Shown here piece after piece: positions 10,887 through 22,280 of a DNA stretch of 34,949 nt. This DNA is from Octopus bimaculoides. Taxonomy: Eukaryota. The first letter of the stretch is position 1. Every line of letters starts with the position of its first letter. Location: the NCBI RefSeq assembly GCF_001194135.2, contig NC_069006.1, positions 15,312,798-15,347,746 on the forward strand. The letters are read 5' to 3'. Both the position numbers and the translations under genes were made by a program. Below the pieces are notes generated by a model, which worked only from the letters and a program-made list of their open reading frames with translations, was not told the DNA's origin and made no database searches.

Positions 10887-11777
10887 AATATATGTATGTA
10901 TGTATGTATGCTTGCCATTGCCTTCCAGTCTCCATCTATAGTCACTCTCCCTATCACATTTTACTGTATTTGTTTCAATGTCTCTTCTCTTCTTCAAACT
11001 CTCCTCCTCATCCTCATTTTCTCTCTCACTCACTTTCTGTGTCCTCCACTGTCTCTCTCTCTCTCCTCTTTGTCTTTCTTCCGCTCTTTCTCTCCATCTA
11101 CGTTTCTCTCTTTCTAATCATATCGGCTGGAAAGAATACACATTGCATCCCTCAAATAAAAATCTTTGTATTACAACTGATGTGATGTCGTTTACGCTAC
11201 ACACACACACTCGAACACACACACACACACACACACACGAATGTATATGTATATATATGTTCAGGTATATATGTACGTACGTTGGCAGGTAGATAGATAG
11301 ATACATAGATATTTGCATAACCACGTATTCTGTAACTGGCTTTATTTAGGTTTGAGTTTATACAAAAATCAGCACCTTATATAAAAATAGAGGACGAAAA
11401 ACGAACAGGAATATGAGACAATGAAGAGGAATTGAATAAGAGGATGTGTGTGTGTGTGTGTCACATGTGTACGGTAGTGAGTCTATTAGTGCGTATATAT
11501 ATGTATATGTCCTTTCAAATTTGTGTTCAAGCAAGGGAGGTTCTTAATTTTTATGAGTGTATGTATGTATGTATGTATGTAGGAACGAACGAACGAACGA
11601 ATGACTATACAGATACATACGGACTTGTAAGTATACGCATTTTGTGATGAATTTATGAATATTTGCATAGAGCTATATAAACTTACAAACACACACACGT
11701 ACACACAACCACATATATATATATATATATATAATATGTGTGCGTGTGTGTGTGTATTTATGTGTATATATATATCG

Positions 11778-11824
<47 letters not shown>

Positions 11825-12230
11825 GTGTGTATATATGTGTATGTGTTTGTGTGTGAGTGTATGTATGAGTGTGAATAAATGTGAGTGCGTACATAGTGTG
11901 TTAGAGAGAGATATATTTATAAATGTTTGTGTTAATGTGTTGCATATATATATATGTACACACCTAAAGGAACACAGGCCAGAAAATGAAAATGATGCTT
12001 AAAATCTATGCGTATACACATAAAAGTACATACGAACACACACACACACACACATACGAACACACACACACACACACACACAGATATATGTGTTCATACC
12101 AGAATGAATATATATATATATATATAGATATATATATACATATATATATATATACATATATATATATACATATATACGTGCGCGCGCACGCACGTACGTA
12201 CACATTTATAGTGAGAGAGAGAGAGGGGCG
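9840..12230. repeat. Dense compound (TA)n/(CA)n/(TG)n/(TATG)n microsatellite field; similar fields occur throughout the window (e.g. 16080-16800, 17850-18260, 25630-26000, 26340-26900, 29930-32460)
   Basis: Direct inspection; source of the YI/TH/VC-rich spurious ORFs. Confidence 0.95.
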
Positions 12231-12550
12231 GGTGGTAACAGTGGATGTCCTCTAACGACACAGAACCAGAATGAGATAACAAATTATTCTGTATTGAAAA
12301 TGTTTATACATTTAGAAACAGATTTGAAAGCAATGTTTGCTTTTTCTTATTTTCACAAATTTTCCGCCGGATATTGCGTCCCTTCTTAATGAAAGCTGAC
12401 AAGACGCCATGTAAAAGCTTCAACTTCTTCTTCAACGAAGAACAAATACGTTTAATGTATTGCCATTAAACGTGCATTTTGTTCTTTGTTTTTTTTTTCT
12501 TCTTTTCTTACTTCTTCAAAGTTTCAGGTTGATAAATAGTCACATTGCCC

Positions 12551-12582
<32 letters not shown>

Positions 12583-13191
12583 ATATAAATGTACACACAC
12601 ACACACACACACACACACANNNNNNNNNNNNNNNNNNNNNNNNNNNNNNNNNNNNNNNNNNNNNNNNNNNNNNNNNNNNNNNNNNNNNNNNNNNNNNNNN
12701 NNNNNNNNNNNNNNNNNNNNNNNNNNNNNNNNNNNNNNNNATATATATATATATATATATATATGGGTAGGGTATATATCTTCTATATATATAAATACAT
12801 ATACATAATTATATATACATACATACATAATTATATATATATATACATATACGTATATGCACATAGACATGTATGTATGTATGAATATATATGTTAACAT
12901 ACACAACAGTATTTTGTATTGGCCTTTCGTTTGAATCTTCGTTGGTTCTTATTCTGCTACCAACTTCGTTCTTAGTCTTGAGAAATAACAGCTCCATTTT
13001 TAAAACCCTGAAGCAGTTATCAAGTCCCTGACTATCCTCTTTAGATCCCTGATTCTAAAGACCCCGAATATGTTATCTAGCCAAAGATTAACCAGTTTAA
13101 GGCTGTATACACTGTTGCTCCACAAAAATTGCAACTTATTTTTCATCTTGAGAAAGTGTCACTTCACCATATGAATGGATAAATATAGATT

Positions 13192-13325
13192 GTTCTGAGT
13201 TCAAATTTCGCCATGATCGACTTTGCTTTCATACTTCCGGAGTCGATAGTTGAAGACTGAGATCGAAGTAATCGACTGACTCCCTCTCTGAAATTGCTGT
13301 CCTTGTGCCCAAATTTGAAACCATT
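13192..13325 (+). mobile_element. SINE family S3, body/3' part
   Basis: ttctgagttcaaatttcgccatgatcgactttgctttcatacttccggagtcgat...ccttgtgcccaaatttgaaacc, homologous to 15084-15297. Confidence 0.75.
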
Positions 13326-13329
13326 ATAA

Positions 13330-13700
13330 TCAGAGATATCACAGGTCAGTATAATAACAGAGGAGAACGTTATGTTAGAATGCCCAGTCGACCAATATGT
13401 TCGTTTCAATATAATAGTTGGTTCAACTGTATTCGCCAATAAGAAAATAACGAAAACAGCACTTCGGTCCAAGAAAATTTCTCATCCGCAATACGGGAAA
13501 AGGTGATCAATGGGCAAATTCGAAAGCGCGTAAGGCAAGTCGCTTTTCAGTTTCGGTTTCTGATCTGTGTGGTCTGAAATAAAATCTGTGGAAGGCCTTG
13601 AAAGATAAACACATAGACGCCAGTGCTCTTCTTTCACGGACTAATCGGTAAAAAGAACAATACTCTCACATTTTGACCAAGCGTACCTTCACCCTATGAG
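13330..13700 (+). mobile_element. Probable mariner remnant (5' region and HTH part of transposase)
   Basis: VKRTILSHFDQA at 13648-13683 resembles the mariner HTH end (VSKxTILxHLxQIG). The 5' segment resembles a recalled octopus mariner leader. Heavily decayed. Confidence 0.4.
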
Positions 13701-13999
13701 GTGTGACCACCGTTTGGACAATGTAGAGAATGCAACATGTCCAGATAGTCAAGGTGTATCGTATGCCATTAACTACTGCATGTTGCATCAGACTGTATGA
13801 CCGTCAGCTAGACGAAAACAGTACAGCTGGAAAAATAGAGCTGTGTTCGTCCCTAAGGGTTCACCTGATAACAACATACTTGATCGCAGCTGACATTAGG
13901 CCACACAACAACAACAGTTTAGATCCCTTGTTAAAGGTTCGTTTCTATATATATATATATATCACGTCTTACACAGACGACACCCTTAGTTGTCTGCAC

Positions 14000-14159
14000 T
14001 GGCACTCCGTCGATTGCGACGACGAGTGTTCCAGTTGATCCGGTCAAAGAAACAACCTGCTCGTGAAATAAACGTTAATTTGCACGTTAATTTCACGAGC
14101 AGGCTGTTCTATCGTTTGGATCAACTGGAACACTCGTCGTCGTAACCGACGAAGTGTCA
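14000..14159. repeat. Inverted duplication (fold-back) of the S2 SINE 3' end
   Basis: 14000-14075 is the reverse complement of about 14084-14159, with a 24-bp identical core gacgacgagtgttccagttgatcc. Confidence 0.9.
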
Positions 14160-14754
14160 CGATATAGGCTTCGATTTTATTTCTTCTTTCTTTATACCCA
14201 TTTATTATTTTCTTTTTTTTTTCCCTGTGAATTTACATAAACGTCAGAGCGTCAAATTTTTCGGTATTTGTTCTGGAAAATACTATTCTGAGATCAAATT
14301 GCGCCGAAATCAATTTTACATTTCATCCCTCCTTGATCAATAAAATAAAGTTTTTTTTTAAATACTGTGATCGTAAAATCTACATTTCTCGCTTCCAATT
14401 TATTGGAATTTGCCTATCTTAGAAATTAATAGGGGCAATAGGTTGGTACAAATGTTAGCGTATCGAACAAAATGCTTTTCTTATGTATTTTTATGTCCTG
14501 CGTTCAAATCACAGCAAGGCCAATTTTGTTTTTCGACTTTCATCATCATAATCATCATCGCCACTATCATTATCATCAGCTTCTAGGATTGACAGTCTCA
14601 CTTTCTAGGACAAATAGGGCCGGTTATCTGGCTTCTAGGACGTATGAGGCCGCGGTCACAAAATCCGCGCTGACTAGTACACCAGTGCATCGCAAGGTTA
14701 TTGGTTTACAGCTTAGTGAACTGGGGCAAAGGCAAAGTGAACTGGAGCAAGGGC

Positions 14755-14890
14755 AAATTCCCTTGAGGTCAATTTTGCTTTCCATCCCTTCGGGGTCAAT
14801 AGAATGAGTACCACTTGAGTACTGGGGGTTGATGTAATCGACTTACGCCTTCTCCTGGAATTACTGGCCCTGTGCCTAAATTTGAAGCCA
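14755..14890 (+). mobile_element. SINE family S3, body/3' part
   Basis: gaggtcaattttgctttccatcccttcggggtcaatagaatgagtacc...cctgtgcctaaatttgaagcc. Confidence 0.75.
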
Positions 14891-14906
14891 ATATTATATT
14901 CACCTG

Positions 14907-15005
14907 AAGGCGGTGAGCTGGCAGAATTGTTAATTCACCGGACAAAATGCTTTACAGCATCTAGTCCGTTTACACGTTCTGAGCTGAAATTTTGCCGAGG
15001 TCGAC
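14907..15005 (+). mobile_element. SINE family S3 head
   Basis: ggcggtgagctggcagaattgttaa...acgttctgagctgaaattttgccgaggtcgac. Confidence 0.75.
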
Positions 15006-15083
15006 GGTCAGGGTGAGACAACCTATCAGACAACAAGAAGCGAGGACTGCGATTGATCGGACATATAATAGACGGCCAGCGTA

Positions 15084-15297
15084 AGGCGGCGACCTGGCAG
15101 AAATGTTAGCACGCCGGGTGAAATGCTTAGCGGTATTTCGTCTGTTTTTACGTTCTGAGTTCAAATTCTGCCGAGGTCGATTTTGCCTTTTATCGTTTCG
15201 CAGTCGATAAAATTAGCACCAGTTACGCACAGGGGTCGATCTAATCGACTTTATCCCTTCCCCAAAATTTTAAGCCTTGTACTTTTATTAGAAAGGA
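15084..15297 (+). mobile_element. SINE family S3, full length, with (TTA)n tail
   Basis: ggcggcgacctggcagaaatgttagcacgccgggtgaaatgcttagcgg...gttcaaattctgccgaggtcga...aagccttgtac, followed by ttattattatt. Confidence 0.85.
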
Positions 15298-16147
15298 TTA
15301 TTATTATTATCATTATTATTTGTGTTGGGGGTGCAAGACTTCTTTCACTTGAAATACCTTCCCTCTTTCTGACTTCTTATTTTTTTTCCATTGTGAATCT
15401 GTTCTTTCGGTATTGTGTTGTATATATAAGCATCGTATAAACATGCTTCTAAGCACTTAAACATGTATATATTACACATTGTGTACGCGTTCATGTAGTA
15501 TATATGCATGTGTATATTTCCACATATAGACATGTATGTAATATAGGTGTATGTGTGTATGTATGTACGTATATATGTATATATCTATGTATGTATATGC
15601 ATGCGCTATAGCTTCGTCTCCTTCTTTCTCGGAATCTTTCGTTAAATATTTGTTATCCATTATTTTCCCGTTCGTTCTTTACTTATTTCCCACTTCCTTT
15701 TTTTTCTTCCTTTCTTTCTTTCCTCTTCCTTATAAATATCCTTTTTTTTTCCATTGCTTCCTCTGTACTTTCTATCGTATGTTTACTCTCTTTTTCGTTT
15801 CTCGTTCTTTAACTGCCTCGTTTAAAAACATTCGTACTCGTACGTTTATACTTTTTTTTTAATTCATTAATTCAATTTTACTTCCACTGTTGACTGTATT
15901 TTTCTTTCTTTCTCTTCTATTTTTAAATTCCTTCTCTCCTTCATTTCTTTACTTCATTCTTTCTATCTTCACTTCATATCTTCCTTCCGAAATATGTTCC
16001 TTTAATTTTTTTTTTATCTCTGTTCCCCTGGAGTTAATAGATCTTCTATCATATAACTAAATATAAGTATGTGACTGTGTGTATGTATACACACATATAC
16101 ACATTATACATATAGACACCAACTTATCCCTTTTACACCCCCCACAC

Positions 16148-16178
<31 letters not shown>

Positions 16179-16223
16179 TACACACACATATATACTCATA
16201 GATATATTTATGTATATATAAGT

Positions 16224-16266
<43 letters not shown>

Positions 16267-16549
16267 GTAATATATATATATCCATAACTATACTCTATTT
16301 GCATGTATATTTTATGTACCCCGAATATACCCTTATGCGTGTAGACCGTGAGTATCTATTTATGTATCGAGCCCCTCGTCAGTGTTTCTATTGTTTTGCC
16401 CCTTTTCCGTCACTGGTGTTCATTATTAATCCCAAATATTTATAAACAGATTTATAGAGATACAGAAACACTCATTAACAAGCATATACACACTTATATA
16501 CATCTGCCTGGATCCATACACACACACACACTTATATGTATAAATATAC

Positions 16550-16620
<71 letters not shown>

Positions 16621-17902
16621 CATTTATGTGTATGGTTGTGTGTATATCTACTTATGTTCATATATGCATACATGTGAGTGTGTGTGTGTCTGTATATCTC
16701 TGTGTGTTTGTTTGTGTATGTGTGTGTGTGCATACATATAGTTATAGATGTGTGTATATACACGTATGCGTATGTGTCCATATTATTCGAGATTATATTA
16801 TATTTTCATTATCATTTTCTTTTTCTTCTTTTCCTTCTTCTTCCTTTTCTTCTCCTTCTCATCCTCATCTTTCTTTTTTGTCTTTTTCCTCTTTTTTTTT
16901 TGTTTTCGCTTTCTTGCGCTTCTCTCTTTATCCGACTAAAACTCTGTCAACACAACGCAAGGTGTGGCGTGATACGGTGCTGTGTTGGGTTGGTGGTGGT
17001 GGTGGTGTGGTGGCTGTGGCGGTAGTGATGGAGGTCATAATGGTGATAACGAAGGAGACGCGTGTGCTGTTGTTGCTGTTGTTGATGGTGGTGGTGGTCA
17101 TGGTAGTGGTAGTGGTAGTGTTTGTGTTGGAGGGATGGTCGTTGGTGGTGGCAGGGGTACGAAGAGAGAAAAATGTAAATAAACGGATTTAAGATTGAAT
17201 GAATGCGTTGAGGAATTGCATTTTAAGCATTGCCACAGATTTCCCAAGATAAGCAAAGATAAGTGACATCTGGGTATTTGCGAAAGACAGTCAACACAAG
17301 AGCACAACAATGGCAAGAAAATGGAATTACCAATTCAATTGTCCAGCCCGACCGAAGAATTCAAATCTAACTGCTGAAATGTTTCGTCGCCGCTGACAAC
17401 GCCAACACTACGACGACAAGAACAACAACGATGCAGCAACAAGAACAAAATGGGGTAACGGCTACAATAACAACAACAACAACAACAACAACGAGTATCA
17501 AAACAAGCGACAATACTCTTGGCTATGATGGCTGTACAATGACTATCAACCGCCACCGACGCTATTAAGAATAACAAGGATTTCAACGCCACTGCTAACG
17601 CTAGCACCATCGTCTTGGCTTTACAACGCAATGGCGGCCGATAACAGAAAAACTGTCATTACAACAACGAGAAGTATAACAACAATTGCAAGGATTACAA
17701 TGCCGCCACCACTCACAACACCGTATGAAAACCGTTAACAACATAGGTACCAATATGACCGCCAACCCCTCTTCTTCTCCTTTGCCACTGTATGTATCGT
17801 TCTCCCGAGACATTAAAACCACTTACGTTTTTGTATATAGTTTATACATACGTGCACACAAATATATAAATAAGCATGTATAATAGAGCGTGTATGTATG
17901 TG

Positions 17903-17953
<51 letters not shown>

Positions 17954-18086
17954 NNNNNNNNNNNNNNNNNNNNNNNNNNNNNNNNNNNNNNNNNNNNNNN
18001 NNNNNNNNNNNNNNNNNNNNNNNNNNNNNNNNNNNNNNNNNNNNNNNNNNNNNNNNNNNNNNNNNNNNNNNNNNNNNNNNNNNNNN

Positions 18087-18141
<55 letters not shown>

Positions 18142-18566
18142 CATGCACACAAATACGCCACTGCCTATCTACAATATCAACATGAAATCGAATATGTTAT
18201 ATATATATATATATATATATATACATGCATAGATATACACATGTACACATACATACATATATACACATAGAGACATCTTCTGACAGTTCATACGAATGGT
18301 TACAATACGAGTAAGTGCAGGTGCCTGTTGGGAAAATAGTTTGTGTGTGTGTATGTGTGCGCGCGTGAGGTACGCTGGTCGGATTTGGCAGGTGAGGTAA
18401 TGATTTAAGCATGCAAGTTTAGATAACCAACCAGTTGATTTGCAATTACTGGAAATCTTGGAGTGTAAACACTGGTATAATTGAAGTTATTAGAACTTGT
18501 GTGTAACTTGAGCAAACACGCTTTCAAATACCTATCTAATCTCATACACACATGCTCGCACGTATG

Positions 18567-18613
<47 letters not shown>

Positions 18614-18848
18614 AACACGTTCCGACATGAAAACGCACATATATTTACGCTGCATGCATACATACATACATACATACATACATACATACATACAGATGTG
18701 TCCATGTTTAGATATCGGCACGAACGAATATAAAACATGCACATACATTATAATCACAACGAAACATATTTAGAGATAAACTCTTAGAAAATCTGAGTTT
18801 TTTTTAGACTTATGTATTTACATACATTTAGCTACGTATCCTTATGTC

Positions 18849-18893
<45 letters not shown>

Positions 18894-19362
18894 AATCTGT
18901 GTGCATGTGTGTACATGTGTGTGTGCAAGTGGGTGTATGTGTATGTATGTATGTATGTATGTATTTATACGTGTATATGTATATATATGTGTGTGTGTTT
19001 GTAGGTGTTTGTGTATGCATAGGTAGATACGTTTATATCAACAGTAAAATTAAGTATTCTTTATATCCATTCAGTCGTTAGGTGCCTTCGATATCCTAGA
19101 TGTGTGTGTGTGTTTTGGATAAACAAACGCATCAGAATTTTGCTCAATACATATGCTGGGTCATATTTATTTCTCGGGATTTGATTGTTTCTTTCGTAGC
19201 TAATCAGAGTTTCCCAGCGCGCACTATCCTTCTGATCAGATGGCATTAATACGTATGGAAGAACATCCTTGCTGATTGACGGAATATAGGCATGCAACGT
19301 CATATTTTCGGTTTCATTGGTCGGTTTGGAAGCGCCTGTAATCTCTTGAAATGTAAATGCAG

Positions 19363-19567
19363 GCAAGGCGGCGAGCTGGCAGAAACGTTAGCACACCGTG
19401 CGAAATGCTTAGCGGTATTCCGTCTGTCTTTCCGTCATGAGTTCAAATTCTGCCGAGGTCGACTTTGCCTTTCATCCTTTCAAGGCGGCGAGCTGGCAGA
19501 AACGTTAGTAGTACGGCATACTAACGTTTCTGCGGTACTGCTAACGTTTCAGAAACGTTAGCACGCC
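19363..19567 (+). mobile_element. Tandem S3 SINE heads with internal inverted rearrangements, truncated by gap
   Basis: caaggcggcgagctggcagaaacgttag occurs at about 19363 and again at 19481. Confidence 0.85.
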
Positions 19568-19830
19568 NNNNNNNNNNNNNNNNNNNNNNNNNNNNNNNNN
19601 NNNNNNNNNNNNNNNNNNNNNNNNNNNNNNNNNNNNNNNNNNNNNNNNNNNNNNNNNNNNNNNNNNNNNNNNNNNNNNNNNNNNNNNNNNNNNNNNNNNN
19701 NNNNNNNNNNNNNNNNNNNNNNNNNNNNNNNNNNNNNNNNNNNNNNNNNNNNNNNNNNNNNNNNNNNNNNNNNNNNNNNNNNNNNNNNNNNNNNNNNNNN
19801 NNNNNNNNNNNNNNNNNNNNNNNNNNNNNA

Positions 19831-19902
19831 GAGAGAGAGGTGGGGATAGAAGTAGAGAACGGGAGAGAGAGAGAGGTGGGGATAGAAGTAGAGAACGGGA
19901 GA
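19831..19902 (+). repeat. 36-bp purine-rich minisatellite, 2 visible units (may extend into the gap)
   Basis: gagagagaggtggggatagaagtagagaacgggaga twice in tandem. Confidence 0.85.
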
Positions 19903-20417
19903 GACAGTGGGAGGAAGTGACAGTGGGAAGAAGAGAGAGGAGGCAAAAAATAGTTTGAGTGAAGACATCATGTACAAAAGACATCTCCCCTGCCATTCAC
20001 AATGATAATTAATAAGTAATGTCATTATGAAATTTGATTTTTAATTAATAAATTTTGTCTGGTCTGTCTGCGCAAGAATAATGCATATGCCTGCACGTGT
20101 CCATGTGTGCGTATGCTTGCGACTGGTTGCACCGTGACAATTATTTATTGTTGTTGTTGTTCTTGGTGGCGTTCGTAGTGTCGCTGTTTGTTGTTGCTGT
20201 CGTCACCATTGTTTATTATTTTTGTTACAGCTATTCATGTTTCGGTGCTGTTGGGTTTTTTGTTTTTTTTATATCGGTATTCCTGCTTAATTTCCATGAA
20301 ATTATTATTTTTGTTATTGTAGATGTTCTTTGCATCTGTTGACCTTTCCACCGGACATTCGTGAAATTGTTTGCCGGCAAACGTATACATACATATATGC
20401 ATGATTATTTGGAACTC

Positions 20418-20787
20418 TGTTGGCACTCCGTCGCTTACGACGTCGAGGGTTCCAGTTGATCCGATCAACGGAACAGCCAGCTCGTGAAATTAACGTGCAA
20501 GTGGCTGAGCACTCCACAGACACGTGTACCCTTAACGTAGTTCTCGGGGATATTCAGCCTGACACAGAGTATGACAAGACTGACCCTTTGAATTACAGGC
20601 ACGACAGAAACAGGAAGTAAGTGGGAGAGAAAGTTGTGGTGAAAGAGTACAGCAGGGTTCGCCACTATCCCCTGCCGGAGCCTCGTGGAGCTTTAGGTGT
20701 TTTCGCTCAATAAACACTCACAACGCCCGGCCTGGGAATCGAAACCGCGATCCTATGACCGTTGCCACTGGGCCATTGCGCCTCTAC
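20418..20787 (-). mobile_element. SINE family S2, near full length
   Basis: Minus strand begins gtagaggcgcaatggcccagtgg...ggtttcgattcccaggccgggcg (tRNA-like A/B boxes) and ends ...gacggagtgccaaca; homologous to 2890-3170, 4197-4270 and 14000-14159. Confidence 0.9.
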
Positions 20788-20879
20788 TATATGCATATAT
20801 GCCTCAAGTAAACACAGTAATATATACTTCAAGTAAATACCAGTAATTGATATGTACGGATAAGTTACTAGGAAGGTAT

Positions 20880-21150
20880 CTAATATAATATGTAAAATTG
20901 GTAAACCCATTTGTGTTACCCTGCTATATGGAGTGACTATTTAAGCTGTGTTTGTAGTTGGATAGTGGATTAGTGGATTGGATGTGCTCCTGAAGAAGGA
21001 ATATTCATATACATCTATAAAATATTTTTGTATCTTCGATCACATTGTTTACGTAGACGTATCGTGTACGAAACGTCCTAACTTTCAGTGCTAACTCTAA
21101 TTACTATAGAAAATCTTTAGCTGTAACTTTAAAACAAAACTGATATTTCT
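20880..21150 (+). mobile_element. Penelope-like terminal (pLTR) segment with a minimal hammerhead-like core
   Basis: CTGAAGAAGG at 20990-20999 and GAAACGTC at 21070-21077, the signature of PLE-associated minimal hammerheads; stems are degenerate. Confidence 0.45.
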
Positions 21151-21180
21151 CTCTTTTTCTCTCTCTCTCTCTCTCTCTCT

Positions 21181-21414
21181 CTTACTCTTTTACTTGTTTC
21201 AGTCATTGACTGCGGCCATGCTGGAGCACTGCCTTTAGTCGAGCAAATCGACCCCACATCTTATTCTTTGTAAGCCTAGTATTTATTCTATCGTCCTCTT
21301 TTGTCGAACCCTAAGTTACGGGGACGTAAACACCAGTATCGGTTGTCAATCGATGTTGGGNNNNNNNNNNNNNNNNNNNNNNNNNNNNNNNNNNNNNNNN
21401 NNNNNNNNNNNNNN

Positions 21415-21453
<39 letters not shown>

Positions 21454-21480
21454 CATATCTACGACGGGCTTCTTTCAGAT
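21181..21480 (-). mobile_element. SINE family S1 spanning a gap
   Basis: cttactcttttacttgtttcagtcattgactgcggccatgctggagcac... and acgacgggcttctttcag after the gap. Confidence 0.85.
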
Positions 21481-21518
21481 TTTCAAATTTTGGCACAATG
21501 CTAGTAATTTCAAGAAAG

Positions 21519-21689
21519 GGGTAAATCGGTTACATCGACCCCAGTACTCAACTGGTACTTATTTTATCGGCCTCGAAAGGACGAAAGGCAAAGTCGATCA
21601 CGGCGGAATATGACCCCAGAATGTTAAGACAGACGAAATACCGCTAAACATTCCGTCCAGCGTGCTAACGATTGTGCCAGCTCACCGCC
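21519..21689 (-). mobile_element. SINE family S3
   Basis: Reverse complement of the S3 head and body (…gctaacgattgtgccagctcaccgcc). Confidence 0.8.
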
Positions 21690-21723
21690 ATCACTCAATA
21701 ATAATAATAATAATAATAATAAT

Positions 21724-22280
21724 GATTCAGTGAGACCATGAGATAGAGAATAGGAAGCTGGACATAGTATTAATTGAGAAAGAAAACAAACGATACTGAA
21801 TCAGAGGTATAGCATGTCCAGCTGATAACAAGGTATGCGATAAAGAAAGAAAAGTCGAGAGATATGACAGGTTAGCTTGGGAAGTTAAGCAGTTGTGGTC
21901 GAACGTCATTCGTAACATCAAAACATTAACCACTTTCTATCATTGAAACTATTCTTGCCACTGTCGTAATGATTGCTAGTACTATAGCTGTAATAACAAT
22001 TCTAGTCCGTTGGAGAGTCTATTCGCGGTGTCAGCTAGACATTGCAGGTACCAATAATTGTCGGAGCTCTGAGAACAGTGAGCAAAAATTTCGAGAAGTA
22101 CGTGGAACAAATAGGGGACTGCTATAAGGGTGGAGTACTTGCAGAAAACAGCACTGCTTGGAATCGCTCGAATACTCCGGAAGGTGCTCGAAAAACTAAG
22201 GTGTTACCTTAGTTCGCTGGTAGTGAACAGTTGACACTGTAATACATCTCCAGCGTTAGAAGCTGTGCAAAGGCAATGAC

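Noticed and set aside
11311-11668. Octamer motifs ATTTGCAT (11311, 11661; also 26625)
   Set aside because: Expected by chance in AT-rich, TA/CA-repeat context; no snRNA-type promoter or gene nearby.
9493-12282. Numerous long ORFs rich in YI, TH, VC and CV (also at 16100-17200, 25550-26940 and 29830-32450)
   Set aside because: Pure translations of (TA)n, (CA)n and (TG)n microsatellites, often running through N gaps.
12517-12530. caaagtttcagg, resembling part of miR-87
   Set aside because: Only about 12 nt match, the seed end is absent, and there is no precursor hairpin.
13164-13472. 102-aa minus-strand ORF
   Set aside because: Spans the antisense of an S3 SINE and a mariner-like leader; chance open frame.
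19831-19902. Direct repeats considered as a CRISPR array (also 33736-34170)
   Set aside because: Units are contiguous without unique spacers, the context is eukaryotic, and there are no cas genes.
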